From: a virus
DNA: 64,000 nucleotides
Reading direction: 5' to 3' (one strand)
Virus record (IMG/VR): IMGVR_UViG_3300037130_000236
Shown: positions 7,024 through 15,812 of the stretch, piece by piece
Position numbering within the stretch: position 1 is the stretch's first letter
Layout of the letters: every line of letters starts with the position of its first letter
The notes under the pieces: generated by a model
Databases searched by the model: none
Told to the model about the DNA's origin: nothing
What the model saw: only the letters and a program-made list of their open reading frames with translations
Program-made: the position numbers and the translations under genes

Positions 7024-7415
7024 TGCCCTTGAATTGCGTTTTCCTGTTTTGGACAGCTGGATGACCGGGATTGGTCCCGGCGAGCGAAGGTTCGGAACAT
7101 GGTCCCCGACCAATTCGCCGCCGCGGAAAGTAAAGACGGGCGCACACCTGATCAGGCATGGCGGAGAGCCATCTCACGCGACACTTGTCTGGAAGTATGC
7201 TGCGCCGAATGGAGGCTTTGCCTCTGCCGGTCGGATAGACGCGGCAGCAAGGCGAAACCAATCTGGAAGACGGAGGGGAGTTGAGGAAGGGGTACCTGAT
7301 AAATAGCGTTGAAATGGGGCAAATAATGGCATTCTAAGGTCGGTAGAGGCCCAGCCGGGCACGCTGCGGGTTCTGAATATTGAACATGCTTTTTGTAGCT
7401 TCTAATAAGTGCCGA

Positions 7416-7766
7416 CTAAGCCGCCTTGTCCAGGTGCCTGACGAGCATCCGCTCCACCGACGCCACAGACTGATAGCCCGTGACCGTCTCGGCACGGCTG
7501 CCGCTCTTGAACAGGATCAGGGTAGGAATACCCCTGACACCATAAGCAATGGTCTGGCCCTGTTCTGCATCCACGTCGTACTCGACAACCTTTAGGTTGG
7601 AGTGCTTTTCGGCAACGGTGTCAACTACAGCTTTCAGTTGCTTGCAAGGACCGCACCAGGCGGCGGCGAAGAACACCAGAACCGCACCTGGGTAGTTGGT
7701 TACGTCGGCGCACCAGTCCTTGTCCGACGTCGGCATAATCTTCGTGAGCGAAGTCTTCACTGACAT
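7416..7766 (-). CDS. trxA: Thioredoxin
   Basis: VLVFFAAAWCGPCK, YDVD, YGVRGIPTLILFK; AGGAG RBS before MSVKTS. Confidence 0.92.
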   Translation of the reverse strand: MSVKTSLTKIMPTSDKDWCADVTNYPGAVLVFFAAAWCGPCKQLKAVVDTVAEKHSNLKVVEYDVDAEQGQTIAYGVRGIPTLILFKSGSRAETVTGYQSVASVERMLVRHLDKAA

Positions 7767-7921
7767 TGCGTTTCTCCTGACTATGAGTTCAGAACAGTTC
7801 ACCCGGTCCTGCGCACTGCAGTCCTTGCTCCTGCCTTTCTCAAGGAGGATCTCGCGCGGATGGCGTGGGCCTTGCCGGCCAATAGGCCGAATCTGTCTAT
7901 AGGGTGAAACACCTAGCCGTT

Positions 7922-8347
7922 TCAGTCTTCGGCAGGATGAGCGACTTGGTTGCCGTCTTCTCCCACTGACTGCTGGGCGTCTTCGTCCTCGTCCTCGCCG
8001 TCTTCCGGCTCTCTGCCGGCGCCGGGGTCCATGTTGAAGTCACACGGCCGGCACTCGTGGCCAGTTAGTGCCTGGAAGCTCTCCTGGATGTTGTCCATGG
8101 TTGCGGCCAGGTTCTTTCCGTCGAGGTCGCTGATTCCCTGTTGGGTCAGCAGGCAGTCGTTGTAGACCGTTTCCATCGTGGTGAGCGCGTTGTCGACCAG
8201 TTTCAACTCAGGAACTGCTGCGAACAACGCCTCAGCCATGGAAGAACAGTCGGCGTGCATAAAGGATCCGATGAACTGCAGGATCTTCTCAGCCAGCTTG
8301 TCGGAAACGACAACCGGCTCCGGTGGGACGATTTCAAACATAGACAT
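7922..8347 (-). CDS. Hypothetical acidic protein
   Basis: 141 aa with D/E-rich C-terminus. Confidence 0.7.
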   Translation of the reverse strand: MSMFEIVPPEPVVVSDKLAEKILQFIGSFMHADCSSMAEALFAAVPELKLVDNALTTMETVYNDCLLTQQGISDLDGKNLAATMDNIQESFQALTGHECRPCDFNMDPGAGREPEDGEDEDEDAQQSVGEDGNQVAHPAED

Positions 8348-8364
8348 CGGGGCTTTCTCTTTCG

Positions 8365-8922
8365 TCAGGCGGCGATCGCATCCGTTTTCTTGCGGTCGAG
8401 ATAGAGCAAAGCGTTCGACAGCATGCAGCTGAACAGAACCGATTCCGCTCCTTTGTTGAACTGCATCACAGGGATGTTCAGAGCCTGGGCAATGCGGATT
8501 CCCTGTCCTGTTCCGCCACCACCATCTTCATTGGGAAAGGCAATCACCAAGTCGGCATGTTCGAGGATGCCGTAGTTTCTGGCGTGCAGTGAGCGTACCC
8601 CGGGTTTGAGGCGGCTTGCCGCCGGATGGTACTGGGTGACAGAGGCATACCAGTGAGGGTGCAGCCTTTCGGAAGCTACAACAATCTTCGCGCGGTCAGG
8701 AATGATCTCCCGGTTGTAGGAGGACCAGGGCAGATATACGTTCAGCTTCTCGGCAAGAGCGCCTTTCATGGCGGCCTCGTCGATGCCGTAGGCAGCGCCC
8801 GTGCTGATCGTGCAGTTGTGGTTGTGGCTCAACTCATAGGAAAGAAAGCGAGCCTTCCGTTCCTGCTGGTGGTCAGGGTTCCGGGTTCCGATGATGGCGA
8901 CAACTGGTTGTGCAAGAGACAA
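8365..8922 (-). CDS. SLOG-superfamily (DprA/YpsA-like) protein
   Basis: AIIGTR, STGAAYGIDEAA, YLPW, LHARN, ADLVIAF, GGGTGQGIRIA. Confidence 0.8.
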   Translation of the reverse strand: MSLAQPVVAIIGTRNPDHQQERKARFLSYELSHNHNCTISTGAAYGIDEAAMKGALAEKLNVYLPWSSYNREIIPDRAKIVVASERLHPHWYASVTQYHPAASRLKPGVRSLHARNYGILEHADLVIAFPNEDGGGGTGQGIRIAQALNIPVMQFNKGAESVLFSCMLSNALLYLDRKKTDAIAA

Positions 8923-8935
8923 GCGGAACTCCTTT

Positions 8936-9316
8936 TCAGGCGGCTTTGCGTCGGTCGAGGTAAGGCAGCCATTCCGTTGGAAAGATGATGTTCTGTGGCG
9001 CGCCCCGGAACATGGGAGCGATCTGGTGGTCCTTGTAGCCTGCCAACCCGCAGCCTATACGGGTCATTCGGAAGGTCAGGTCTGATCGAAGCTGGGCGAA
9101 TTCGAGGAAGTCGACAATCTTCTCCCGGATTATCTCCAGGGACAATGTCTTGGGTCGATCCGGCCAGGGAGTTGCATCCTTGGTTGGAAGAGCATAGGAC
9201 TGCCCTTGCAGTCCCTCGCCGCGGCCGTAGATCGCGCCCCAGCGTTTCTTGGCCTCAAGAGCAGCGCCGGCGCCGTGCCGGCCGGCGAGATTCGATCCAA
9301 AGACAAAGATCTCCAT
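8936..9316 (-). CDS. A1S_2505-like phage protein (macrodomain-related)
   Basis: IFVFGSNLAGRHGAGAA, G.GLQGQSYALPT, F.MTRIGCGLAGY. Confidence 0.8.
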   Translation of the reverse strand: MEIFVFGSNLAGRHGAGAALEAKKRWGAIYGRGEGLQGQSYALPTKDATPWPDRPKTLSLEIIREKIVDFLEFAQLRSDLTFRMTRIGCGLAGYKDHQIAPMFRGAPQNIIFPTEWLPYLDRRKAA

Positions 9317-9552
9317 CAGAAATCCTCTTCTTCGTCTTCCTCGTCGTCATCGAAGTCCGACTCTTCTTCGAGATGGATGTTGTACTGCGAGACGGCTTCC
9401 AGCGCATCCTCGTAATCCAGGTCGTACTCGTCGCTGACTTCTTCAACCAGGTCGGAGTCGTCCAGGCCCGGATCTACATCGAGCAGATCGTCGAAGAAGT
9501 CGAAGAGTTCCTTGGCGTCGATGCCAACGACTGAATCTCCTTCAATGAACAC
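9316..9552 (-). CDS. Extremely acidic small protein
   Basis: 35 of 78 residues D/E, one K, no R; overlaps start of downstream gene by 1 nt. Confidence 0.7.
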   Translation of the reverse strand: MFIEGDSVVGIDAKELFDFFDDLLDVDPGLDDSDLVEEVSDEYDLDYEDALEAVSQYNIHLEEESDFDDDEEDEEEDF

Positions 9553-9554
9553 GG

Positions 9555-9761
9555 CTACACCTCCCGGTGCGATTTGATGTAAGAGTCTGCTTTCTCAAAA
9601 GTCACCAGGCACTCGTCCTGAAGAACGAAGACCAGTGCGCGGTGTGCGGTGTTGGGTTCTCGGTCCAGGACCGCTTTCATTGTCGAGGCCAGATCCTGCT
9701 CGATTTCCTGCTCTGCCATGCTGATGTACCCAGCAGCGATCGTGGCGTGCGATGCGGACAT
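9555..9761 (-). CDS. Hypothetical protein
   Basis: 68 aa, tightly packed with neighbours. Confidence 0.6.
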   Translation of the reverse strand: MSASHATIAAGYISMAEQEIEQDLASTMKAVLDREPNTAHRALVFVLQDECLVTFEKADSYIKSHREV

Positions 9762-9762
9762 A

Positions 9763-10095
9763 TCAGTTCCCCCGGTAGAATGAGCGTAACCACTTCAGGT
9801 ACAAGGACCAAAGGGCCAGCGTGGCTAGCAGACCTACTGGAAAGAGAACCCAGACCAACAAGCACGTCAGAAAGATCATTCCGATGAATGTCGCCGGGCC
9901 AACAATCAACCCGGCAAGGAATGTCTGGATCGCCAGATTCTTCTGGTCGATCCGATTGATCTCTTCCTCTGTGAAGCCGGCCTGCCGGGCCAGTTGACGG
10001 CGTTGTTCTGCCTTAGCCAGACCTCGCACGATCCAGATAAAACCCAGGACCAGCACTATAAAGACGAAGGAACCCATAGCGCCCTCCGATAGCAT
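9763..10095 (-). CDS. Hypothetical membrane protein
   Basis: Three hydrophobic segments. Confidence 0.65.
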   Translation of the reverse strand: MLSEGAMGSFVFIVLVLGFIWIVRGLAKAEQRRQLARQAGFTEEEINRIDQKNLAIQTFLAGLIVGPATFIGMIFLTCLLVWVLFPVGLLATLALWSLYLKWLRSFYRGN

Positions 10096-10178
10096 TCCGT
10101 GTGTGATGCACCGTGAGTTACCTCTTCCATCCTGCGGCCGCGATCAACGCGTACTTGGTCCGCATCATTTGTTCTTGG

Positions 10179-10913
10179 TCACGAAGCTCTTGCGAGCTGG
10201 CCTTTTTGAATCTGATGGTGAACCACACGCCTGGTCCAGCCGAGGAATTCGTCCACAGTCAAAGTGCTTTTAGCGATGTTGCACACAGAGCAAGCTGAAA
10301 CACAGTTTCCTGACACATACCCGACGTCGCTGTTCAAGCGGTCGATACCGTTCATCGGATACATTTTCTTTGTCTTGTATTTCTTGCGCTTGAACGCCTG
10401 ACCTTCCTCCGGCGTAGCCCCACAGTAGTAACAGTCTCCAAAGATGAGCTTCTTAACTTCATGCTCTGTGAGGCTGAATCCAAGGCCTCGGTGCGCTGCC
10501 GACGTTGGTAGCACTGACATGGCCCGGACCATGCACTTGCTTTCGACAGATACTCCGCGGCACTTACAGGACTTCATCTTGCCGGCAATGAGGTCGAAGG
10601 TCTGGGCTACGACCATCTTGCCGCATACGCATTCACACTTCCAGCGAACCTGCCGAGTATTGGTGACACGCAGGAACCGGCGAACTGCCAGAAAGCCGAA
10701 GACCTGGCCGATCTTGACCTGAGCGCTCTCGTTACAACCACATGAGGTCTTCTTGCCCGCTACCAACGAATCTGAACGAACGTCGATCCTGTTGCCGCAG
10801 TTGCAAACGCAGTGATAGTAGCCATGATCACCTTTCGTGCAGCGACTGAGGGCTTTGAGGAGCCCGAACTGCTGTCCGCTCAGATTCACCAAACTAGGAA
10901 TTACCGCCTCCAA
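10179..10913 (-). CDS. HNH (homing-type) endonuclease
   Basis: Repeated G..FG.L...C.C.CG N-terminal modules; CYYCG, NGIDRLNSDVGY, NCVSACSVCNIAKS. Confidence 0.85.
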   Translation of the reverse strand: MEAVIPSLVNLSGQQFGLLKALSRCTKGDHGYYHCVCNCGNRIDVRSDSLVAGKKTSCGCNESAQVKIGQVFGFLAVRRFLRVTNTRQVRWKCECVCGKMVVAQTFDLIAGKMKSCKCRGVSVESKCMVRAMSVLPTSAAHRGLGFSLTEHEVKKLIFGDCYYCGATPEEGQAFKRKKYKTKKMYPMNGIDRLNSDVGYVSGNCVSACSVCNIAKSTLTVDEFLGWTRRVVHHQIQKGQLARAS

Positions 10914-12565
10914 CCAGCCGAACTGATGAGCTTGTACTTGATTCGCGTTGTCTCCTCCGGATCAGCTCCGGCCAAACTCTCCGCATACATGAGCAAGCCT
11001 GCTTCGGTTGGGCCTTTGCCTTCATGGAAATCCATGAAGACACCGGCCCGCGGTGCTCCGCGGTCGGTTATCTCTTGCACTCGAATCTTGACGACGGCTC
11101 CGACCACGTTCTCTCGGTGAGTCCAGATCCATTCACGCCTCTCATCCGTGATTGCGAATGAGCCGACCTCTCCGAGTGCTCCGTTTTCCGGATTCCGAAC
11201 AACCAGTCGCCCGACCGAATCGCTGTACTTGCCCGTACCCGGCAGCACTTCAACCAATTCCAGGTCAGCGAAGTCAACCTGTTTGACCTTGAACCACGTT
11301 CCGCCAGCGGGATCTCCGGCTGCTTTGACGACAACACCTTCGCCAAAAGGTAGCGGAAGAGAAACAATCTCGTTGTAGAAAGCAATTGGATCCTCCCCAC
11401 GTTTGCAGGCACGGACCATATTCCAGTTGCTGTTGAAGAACCTGATCTCATCTATGACCTTCTCAGCCAGGTACCGGCGCTGGACATAGGGCAAACCACT
11501 TACGTCCTTGCCCTTGTACTTGACCAAGTCCCAGCAGTGAGCGGTCGCTGGGCCACGAAGTCGCTGGATCTCCTGCGCGCGCTCAGGAAGCGCGTTCAAG
11601 ATGCCAGCCACGCGGCCAACGCCATCGGGATGGTAGAGTTCGACCTTGCCGACGGTTCCTTCCAGGTCGGGATAAGGCATCAGCTTGCGAGATGTGAAGA
11701 ACCGGGAGTGGTTGTGCAGATCCTCGAGCTGAGGAATCCGGTCGTAATAGGTCTCTCCTGTTGGCCGGTGCGAATGAAATACAGCACGGCCCTTGCCGAT
11801 GGTGAAGTTGGCAAGCGAGCCATCGAGCTTATGCTCGATGACCCACTGCTGTGAAGGTTGGGCGGGGACAATGACGTCCTTGACGCGGCGCTCGGCAAAG
11901 CCAATAGCAGCCTTCGTGTTATCCCGCCCGACTTGTTCCAGGAACTCTTTGGGCCTGAGAGAGTAGGAGGGTTTTTCCAACGCCAGGCCGTCGTCGTTCA
12001 TGGGAATTACGATCACGCCCTTCTCGGTCGTGATGAATGCGTACCGGCCTTTGTAATCGCCACGGGGAATGTTCAGTTCCCACTGCTCTGTGCCAGGAGG
12101 CACATCGGCGACAACCAGGTCGAAATGAGGGCCGGCTTTGTCAGCCTCATGGAAGTGGTAGTTCATCCGGGACAAGAACATCTTGGTCCCGATCTTCACG
12201 GCCACGGTCTCGTCGGCTAAGAGGGTCTTGGTTCCCTTGCCATAGCCGGACGCGATGACTCCGCTGAAACCATCAACAGTATGCGGTTCGTTCTCGATGG
12301 CGAGAACGCGCGAGCTGACTTTTGGCAGCCCTTTTGGGAGAGTGTATTTAGCACCTGATTGAACAGGTGCCAAGCCCCCAAGGATAGCTCCATCAACCGT
12401 TCTGACATTCCAGAGGTTCCTCGTAATCCAGCGGCTCGGGGTACGCCCAAGCGCGCGTGTGACTGCACTGCTGGTGCTGGGGAGAACAACGGCACTCAGC
12501 ACATCCAATGCGTTCTCCTGGCCCCAAAGAATGGCGGCACGGGCCAACGTTCTGATAAAGCCCAT
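10901..12565 (-). CDS. ATP-dependent DNA ligase with N-terminal LigD phosphoesterase-like region
   Basis: EHKLDG (motif I, K246), WDLV, EGVVVK, WFKVK, C-terminal OB-like region; N-terminal HEADKAGPHFDL and LAIENEPH...YGKG. Confidence 0.85.
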   Translation of the reverse strand: MGFIRTLARAAILWGQENALDVLSAVVLPSTSSAVTRALGRTPSRWITRNLWNVRTVDGAILGGLAPVQSGAKYTLPKGLPKVSSRVLAIENEPHTVDGFSGVIASGYGKGTKTLLADETVAVKIGTKMFLSRMNYHFHEADKAGPHFDLVVADVPPGTEQWELNIPRGDYKGRYAFITTEKGVIVIPMNDDGLALEKPSYSLRPKEFLEQVGRDNTKAAIGFAERRVKDVIVPAQPSQQWVIEHKLDGSLANFTIGKGRAVFHSHRPTGETYYDRIPQLEDLHNHSRFFTSRKLMPYPDLEGTVGKVELYHPDGVGRVAGILNALPERAQEIQRLRGPATAHCWDLVKYKGKDVSGLPYVQRRYLAEKVIDEIRFFNSNWNMVRACKRGEDPIAFYNEIVSLPLPFGEGVVVKAAGDPAGGTWFKVKQVDFADLELVEVLPGTGKYSDSVGRLVVRNPENGALGEVGSFAITDERREWIWTHRENVVGAVVKIRVQEITDRGAPRAGVFMDFHEGKGPTEAGLLMYAESLAGADPEETTRIKYKLISSAGWRR

Positions 12566-12577
12566 ACGCCCTCCGGT

Positions 12578-12820
12578 TTAGTAATCGTGCGTTCCGATGT
12601 CCATCAGGCCAATGCAGGGATCGGTGTTGTGATGGAAGATTGAATCTGCTTCCGGCGGTTCGCCGAGTTCCTTGTGAAGCGCCTTGGCCGCGGCAATCGC
12701 AGCCTCCGTCACCTGTGTTGCGTTCGGCTTCGAATCAAATTCCAGCGATTCCAGCTCAAGCACATCGGACTTTAAGCCATCGGGATGGACATCCAGAAGC
12801 TTGATGAAGAGGATGAACAT
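12578..12820 (-). CDS. Hypothetical protein
   Basis: AGGA RBS before MFILF; follows upstream stop. Confidence 0.55.
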   Translation of the reverse strand: MFILFIKLLDVHPDGLKSDVLELESLEFDSKPNATQVTEAAIAAAKALHKELGEPPEADSIFHHNTDPCIGLMDIGTHDY

Positions 12821-12822
12821 GG

Positions 12823-13068
12823 TCAGTCCTGCTCGATCTTGGAACGATTCCTCCAACGTGGAGGCACTTTGTCCGAATCTGAGCGAGATCCATCGAGATC
12901 GAGGATATGGACATACCGTTTGGTGTCGATGAAGCGACGATTGCCTGCGCCAGGAACATCAAAAGTTCCCTCGACTCGGATCGTTCCATCGTTCACATAG
13001 AGGACGCCCTTGACGAAAGCTCGGCACTCGGCGTCGGTGTTGAACTCGAAATACTTGTTTGCTGCCAT
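12823..13068 (-). CDS. Hypothetical protein
   Basis: GGAG RBS before MAANKY. Confidence 0.6.
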   Translation of the reverse strand: MAANKYFEFNTDAECRAFVKGVLYVNDGTIRVEGTFDVPGAGNRRFIDTKRYVHILDLDGSRSDSDKVPPRWRNRSKIEQD

Positions 13069-13150
13069 AGGTCTCCGGCAGAACAGGCGGGTCTGCAGTC
13101 TACAGACCCGCCGTTCTGAAGATCTCTCATTACCTTGTTGGGGCGGCATT

Positions 13151-13324
13151 TTAACCCACAGCTCCGCCGGTGGGCGCTGACCAATCCTGGAGACTAGCGC
13201 GGCCCTTTGCCGTGAACGGCGTTGTGGCAATGCAGCACGGTCGTGCTACTGGTTGCCGGGTTGTTGGTTCGCTAACAGTTGCTGCCAACAAGACCAAAGC
13301 GAAGAACCGCAGCCAGAAGAGCAT
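13151..13324 (-). CDS. Small protein with signal/TM segment (57 aa)
   Basis: AGGAGG RBS; MLFWLRFFALVLLAATV; manual translation. Confidence 0.45.
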   Translation of the reverse strand: MLFWLRFFALVLLAATVSEPTTRQPVARPCCIATTPFTAKGRASLQDWSAPTGGAVG

Positions 13325-13352
13325 GTTCCTCCTGCAGGTTTCGCAAACGTGA

Positions 13353-13610
13353 TTAGTTCGTGCCGAGAGCGATCGACACTTCGTACAAAGTGTCGCCTGC
13401 CCTGTTCAGCACCTGGCGGCCCACTTCATGCTGCTGTTCGTCAGTAGCATTAGGGTCAAAGGTTTCCCGCAGCTCCGCAACGATGAACTTGGCCAACGTA
13501 TCGCCGGCGATGGGAGTTGTGGGCTCTCCGGTTTTGTCGTCGAAATACTCGGAGAGATAGTTGTCCGGGTAGGCCGAATTGGCCTTGTTAAGCAGTTCGA
13601 CTAACTGCAT
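13353..13610 (-). CDS. Hypothetical phage protein
   Basis: 85 aa, GGAG RBS. Confidence 0.7.
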   Translation of the reverse strand: MQLVELLNKANSAYPDNYLSEYFDDKTGEPTTPIAGDTLAKFIVAELRETFDPNATDEQQHEVGRQVLNRAGDTLYEVSIALGTN

Positions 13611-13666
13611 GTTCCAGCTCCTTCAGTTCCCTGATTCTTTGGGGAGTAAACCAGTGGTCGAGATCA

Positions 13667-15047
13667 TTGCTGTCCAAAATAGCAGGAAGCTCTTCACGCT
13701 TGCCTGACGCGCAAAGTGGGCTGATCCCCGTTACTCTGGAGTGGGTTCCTGAGCAGAACCACAGCCAAAGAGAGAAGGATCAGCCATGACTCAAGTATGC
13801 AGTGTCTACTCGCAGCTTTTGCAACTTTTTCCACGCGGACAGTTCGCGCAGGCTGTCAAGCAGCATCAAGCCGAGTTCAACGCCAAGGGGTTCACCTGCT
13901 GGGAACAGTTCGTGGCCATGCTGTTTTGCCAGGTGGCGCATATGAACTCGCTACGCGAAGTCTGCCTGGGTCTGGCCGGATGCGAATCGCCGCTGAAGCA
14001 TCTGGGCATCAGCGCCGCGCCCAAGAAATCGACCTTAGCGTATGCCAACGCCAATCGCCCTTGGGAACTCTACCAGTCGATTTTCATGCAGTTGCTGGGA
14101 AAGTGTCAGGCCGAGACGGCGACCCGCAGTAGCCGCAAGTTCCGCTTCAAGAACAAGCTGATGAGCCTGGATGGCAGCATCATCGAGTTGTCGGCCACGA
14201 TGTTCGATTGGGCCAAGTATCGCCAGCGCAAGGGCGCCATCAAATTGCATCTGTTGTTGGACCACGACGGCTACCTGCCCTCGTTCGCGGTAGTGACGGA
14301 CGGCAAATATAGCGAACTGAAAGTGGCGCGAGGCTTGCATCTGGAAGCGGGTACGATCCTGGCCATTGATCGCGGCTACAACGATTACGTCTGGTTCGGG
14401 CAATTGACGCGGGACGGGGTCTTCTTCGTCACACGCATGAAGACCAACACGGTCTACACGACGGTCGAGGTGTGCGCGGTTCCAGAAAAGGGCAACGTGC
14501 TCAGCGACCAGATTGTCTCTCTGCCTTCCCTGGATAAGGATGGCGAGGCGCCGGTCCTGTTCCGGCGCATTGAATACTGGAACGCGGACAAGCAGGAGAT
14601 TCTGGTGTTCTTCACCAATCTTCTGCACTTGGCGGCCTCGACAGTAGCCGCGATCTATAAGGACCGTTGGCAGGTGGAACTGTTTTTTAAGGCCCTGAAG
14701 CAAACAGCAAAAGTGAAGTCGTTCCTGGGCACCAGCGCCAATGCGGTCAAGACGCAGATCTGGACGGCGCTGATCGCAATGCTGATCCTGAAGTACCTGC
14801 AGATGAAGTCCAGCTTTGGCTGGTCGCTTTCCAATCTGGCGGCCCTGCTGCGCCAGCAACTGTTCATCTTCAGGGACTTGTGGGCGTGGCTCAACAATCC
14901 GCTGGAGGGACCGCCAGCCGCACGGCAACTGGCCGAGCAGTTACCCATGCCGCTCATGTGGTAGCCACGAGTTGGACAGCAGAAGAAATGCAAGCATCCA
15001 CTTGAGCCCGTAGCACAGAACTTACACGCCGGCGAATTGGACAGCAG
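13667..15047 (+). mobile_element. IS4-family insertion sequence
   Basis: Left IR TTGCTGTCCAA 13667-13677; right IR TTGGACAGCAG at 14972-14982 and again at 15037-15047; no target duplication recognised. Confidence 0.8.
13786..14964 (+). CDS. IS4-family DDE transposase
   Basis: FTCWEQFVAMLF N-terminus; LDGS, IDRGY, YKDRWQVELFFKALKQ (YREK-like signature). Confidence 0.95.
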   Translation: MTQVCSVYSQLLQLFPRGQFAQAVKQHQAEFNAKGFTCWEQFVAMLFCQVAHMNSLREVCLGLAGCESPLKHLGISAAPKKSTLAYANANRPWELYQSIFMQLLGKCQAETATRSSRKFRFKNKLMSLDGSIIELSATMFDWAKYRQRKGAIKLHLLLDHDGYLPSFAVVTDGKYSELKVARGLHLEAGTILAIDRGYNDYVWFGQLTRDGVFFVTRMKTNTVYTTVEVCAVPEKGNVLSDQIVSLPSLDKDGEAPVLFRRIEYWNADKQEILVFFTNLLHLAASTVAAIYKDRWQVELFFKALKQTAKVKSFLGTSANAVKTQIWTALIAMLILKYLQMKSSFGWSLSNLAALLRQQLFIFRDLWAWLNNPLEGPPAARQLAEQLPMPLMW

Positions 15048-15143
15048 GATGCCGGAAACATAGAAGGTCCTCCAGCGCGAGTCATCGAAGAAACCTGACG
15101 CTATCGCCGGGAGAGGATACCTATGTCCAGTGAAATCAACCGC

Positions 15144-15350
15144 TCAATTCACAGAAAAAACTGTCTTGGACAAGAGTGGGTCGAGATAGCGATCGCCGAC
15201 AGAGTTCAGATGATTCAGCCGGTACTGTTCTTCTTGAGTCAGCTTGCCTGCAATGTTCTTGTCAATCAGCAGGCCGCGTTCGTGATTGAGAATCGGCCAC
15301 TCCTCGGCTGAGACCACATGTGGTCTCTTCTGCCAGCTGCGATATTTCAT
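15144..15350 (-). CDS. Hypothetical protein
   Basis: 68 aa, GGAG RBS. Confidence 0.5.
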   Translation of the reverse strand: MKYRSWQKRPHVVSAEEWPILNHERGLLIDKNIAGKLTQEEQYRLNHLNSVGDRYLDPLLSKTVFSVN

Positions 15351-15397
15351 AAGCTCCTTCAGCTCAGGGCCGTCGTCTAACGGCCCTGGCTGGTGGG

Positions 15398-15787
15398 TTA
15401 CAGTGTCTCGAGCAGCTTCTTCAGATCCTCTTCGGAAGCGCCTTCGAGCGCCTCGTCCTGTTTCCTGGCGAGAATCCCGAGAATCTTCTGCTTCTGGGCC
15501 TTCTTATTCGCGGCCTGCTCGGCCTCTTCGGCTTCGGTCTTCTTCACTGCGATAACGTGCTTGACGATCTCCAGCTTGAGCTGCAGGATCGTGTCGGCCT
15601 TGGTCGTGGTCAGCACGAAGCTCTCAGTCTCGGTTTCCCTGATCTGACGAGCAATGCCCTTGGCGATGTTGTCGAGGCTGGCGCCTCCGTTGCGAACGGT
15701 CAGCGGCAGATCAAACAAGTCCTCTACGGTGACGAGGCCCTTGGACGTATCGAACCGCAGCTTCAAACGTGCTGCTTTCTCGAACAT
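15398..15787 (-). CDS. Conserved phage coiled-coil protein
   Basis: MFEKAARLKLRF...VEDLFDLPL; charged helical C-terminus; partner of upstream gene. Confidence 0.8.
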   Translation of the reverse strand: MFEKAARLKLRFDTSKGLVTVEDLFDLPLTVRNGGASLDNIAKGIARQIRETETESFVLTTTKADTILQLKLEIVKHVIAVKKTEAEEAEQAANKKAQKQKILGILARKQDEALEGASEEDLKKLLETL

Positions 15788-15812
15788 GGATTCTTTCTCC
15801 TGGGTGAATTGG

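Noticed and set aside
7047-7057. 11-bp match to the IS left end (GCTGTCCAAAA, reverse)
   Set aside because: Single short match without partner or transposase remnant; likely chance
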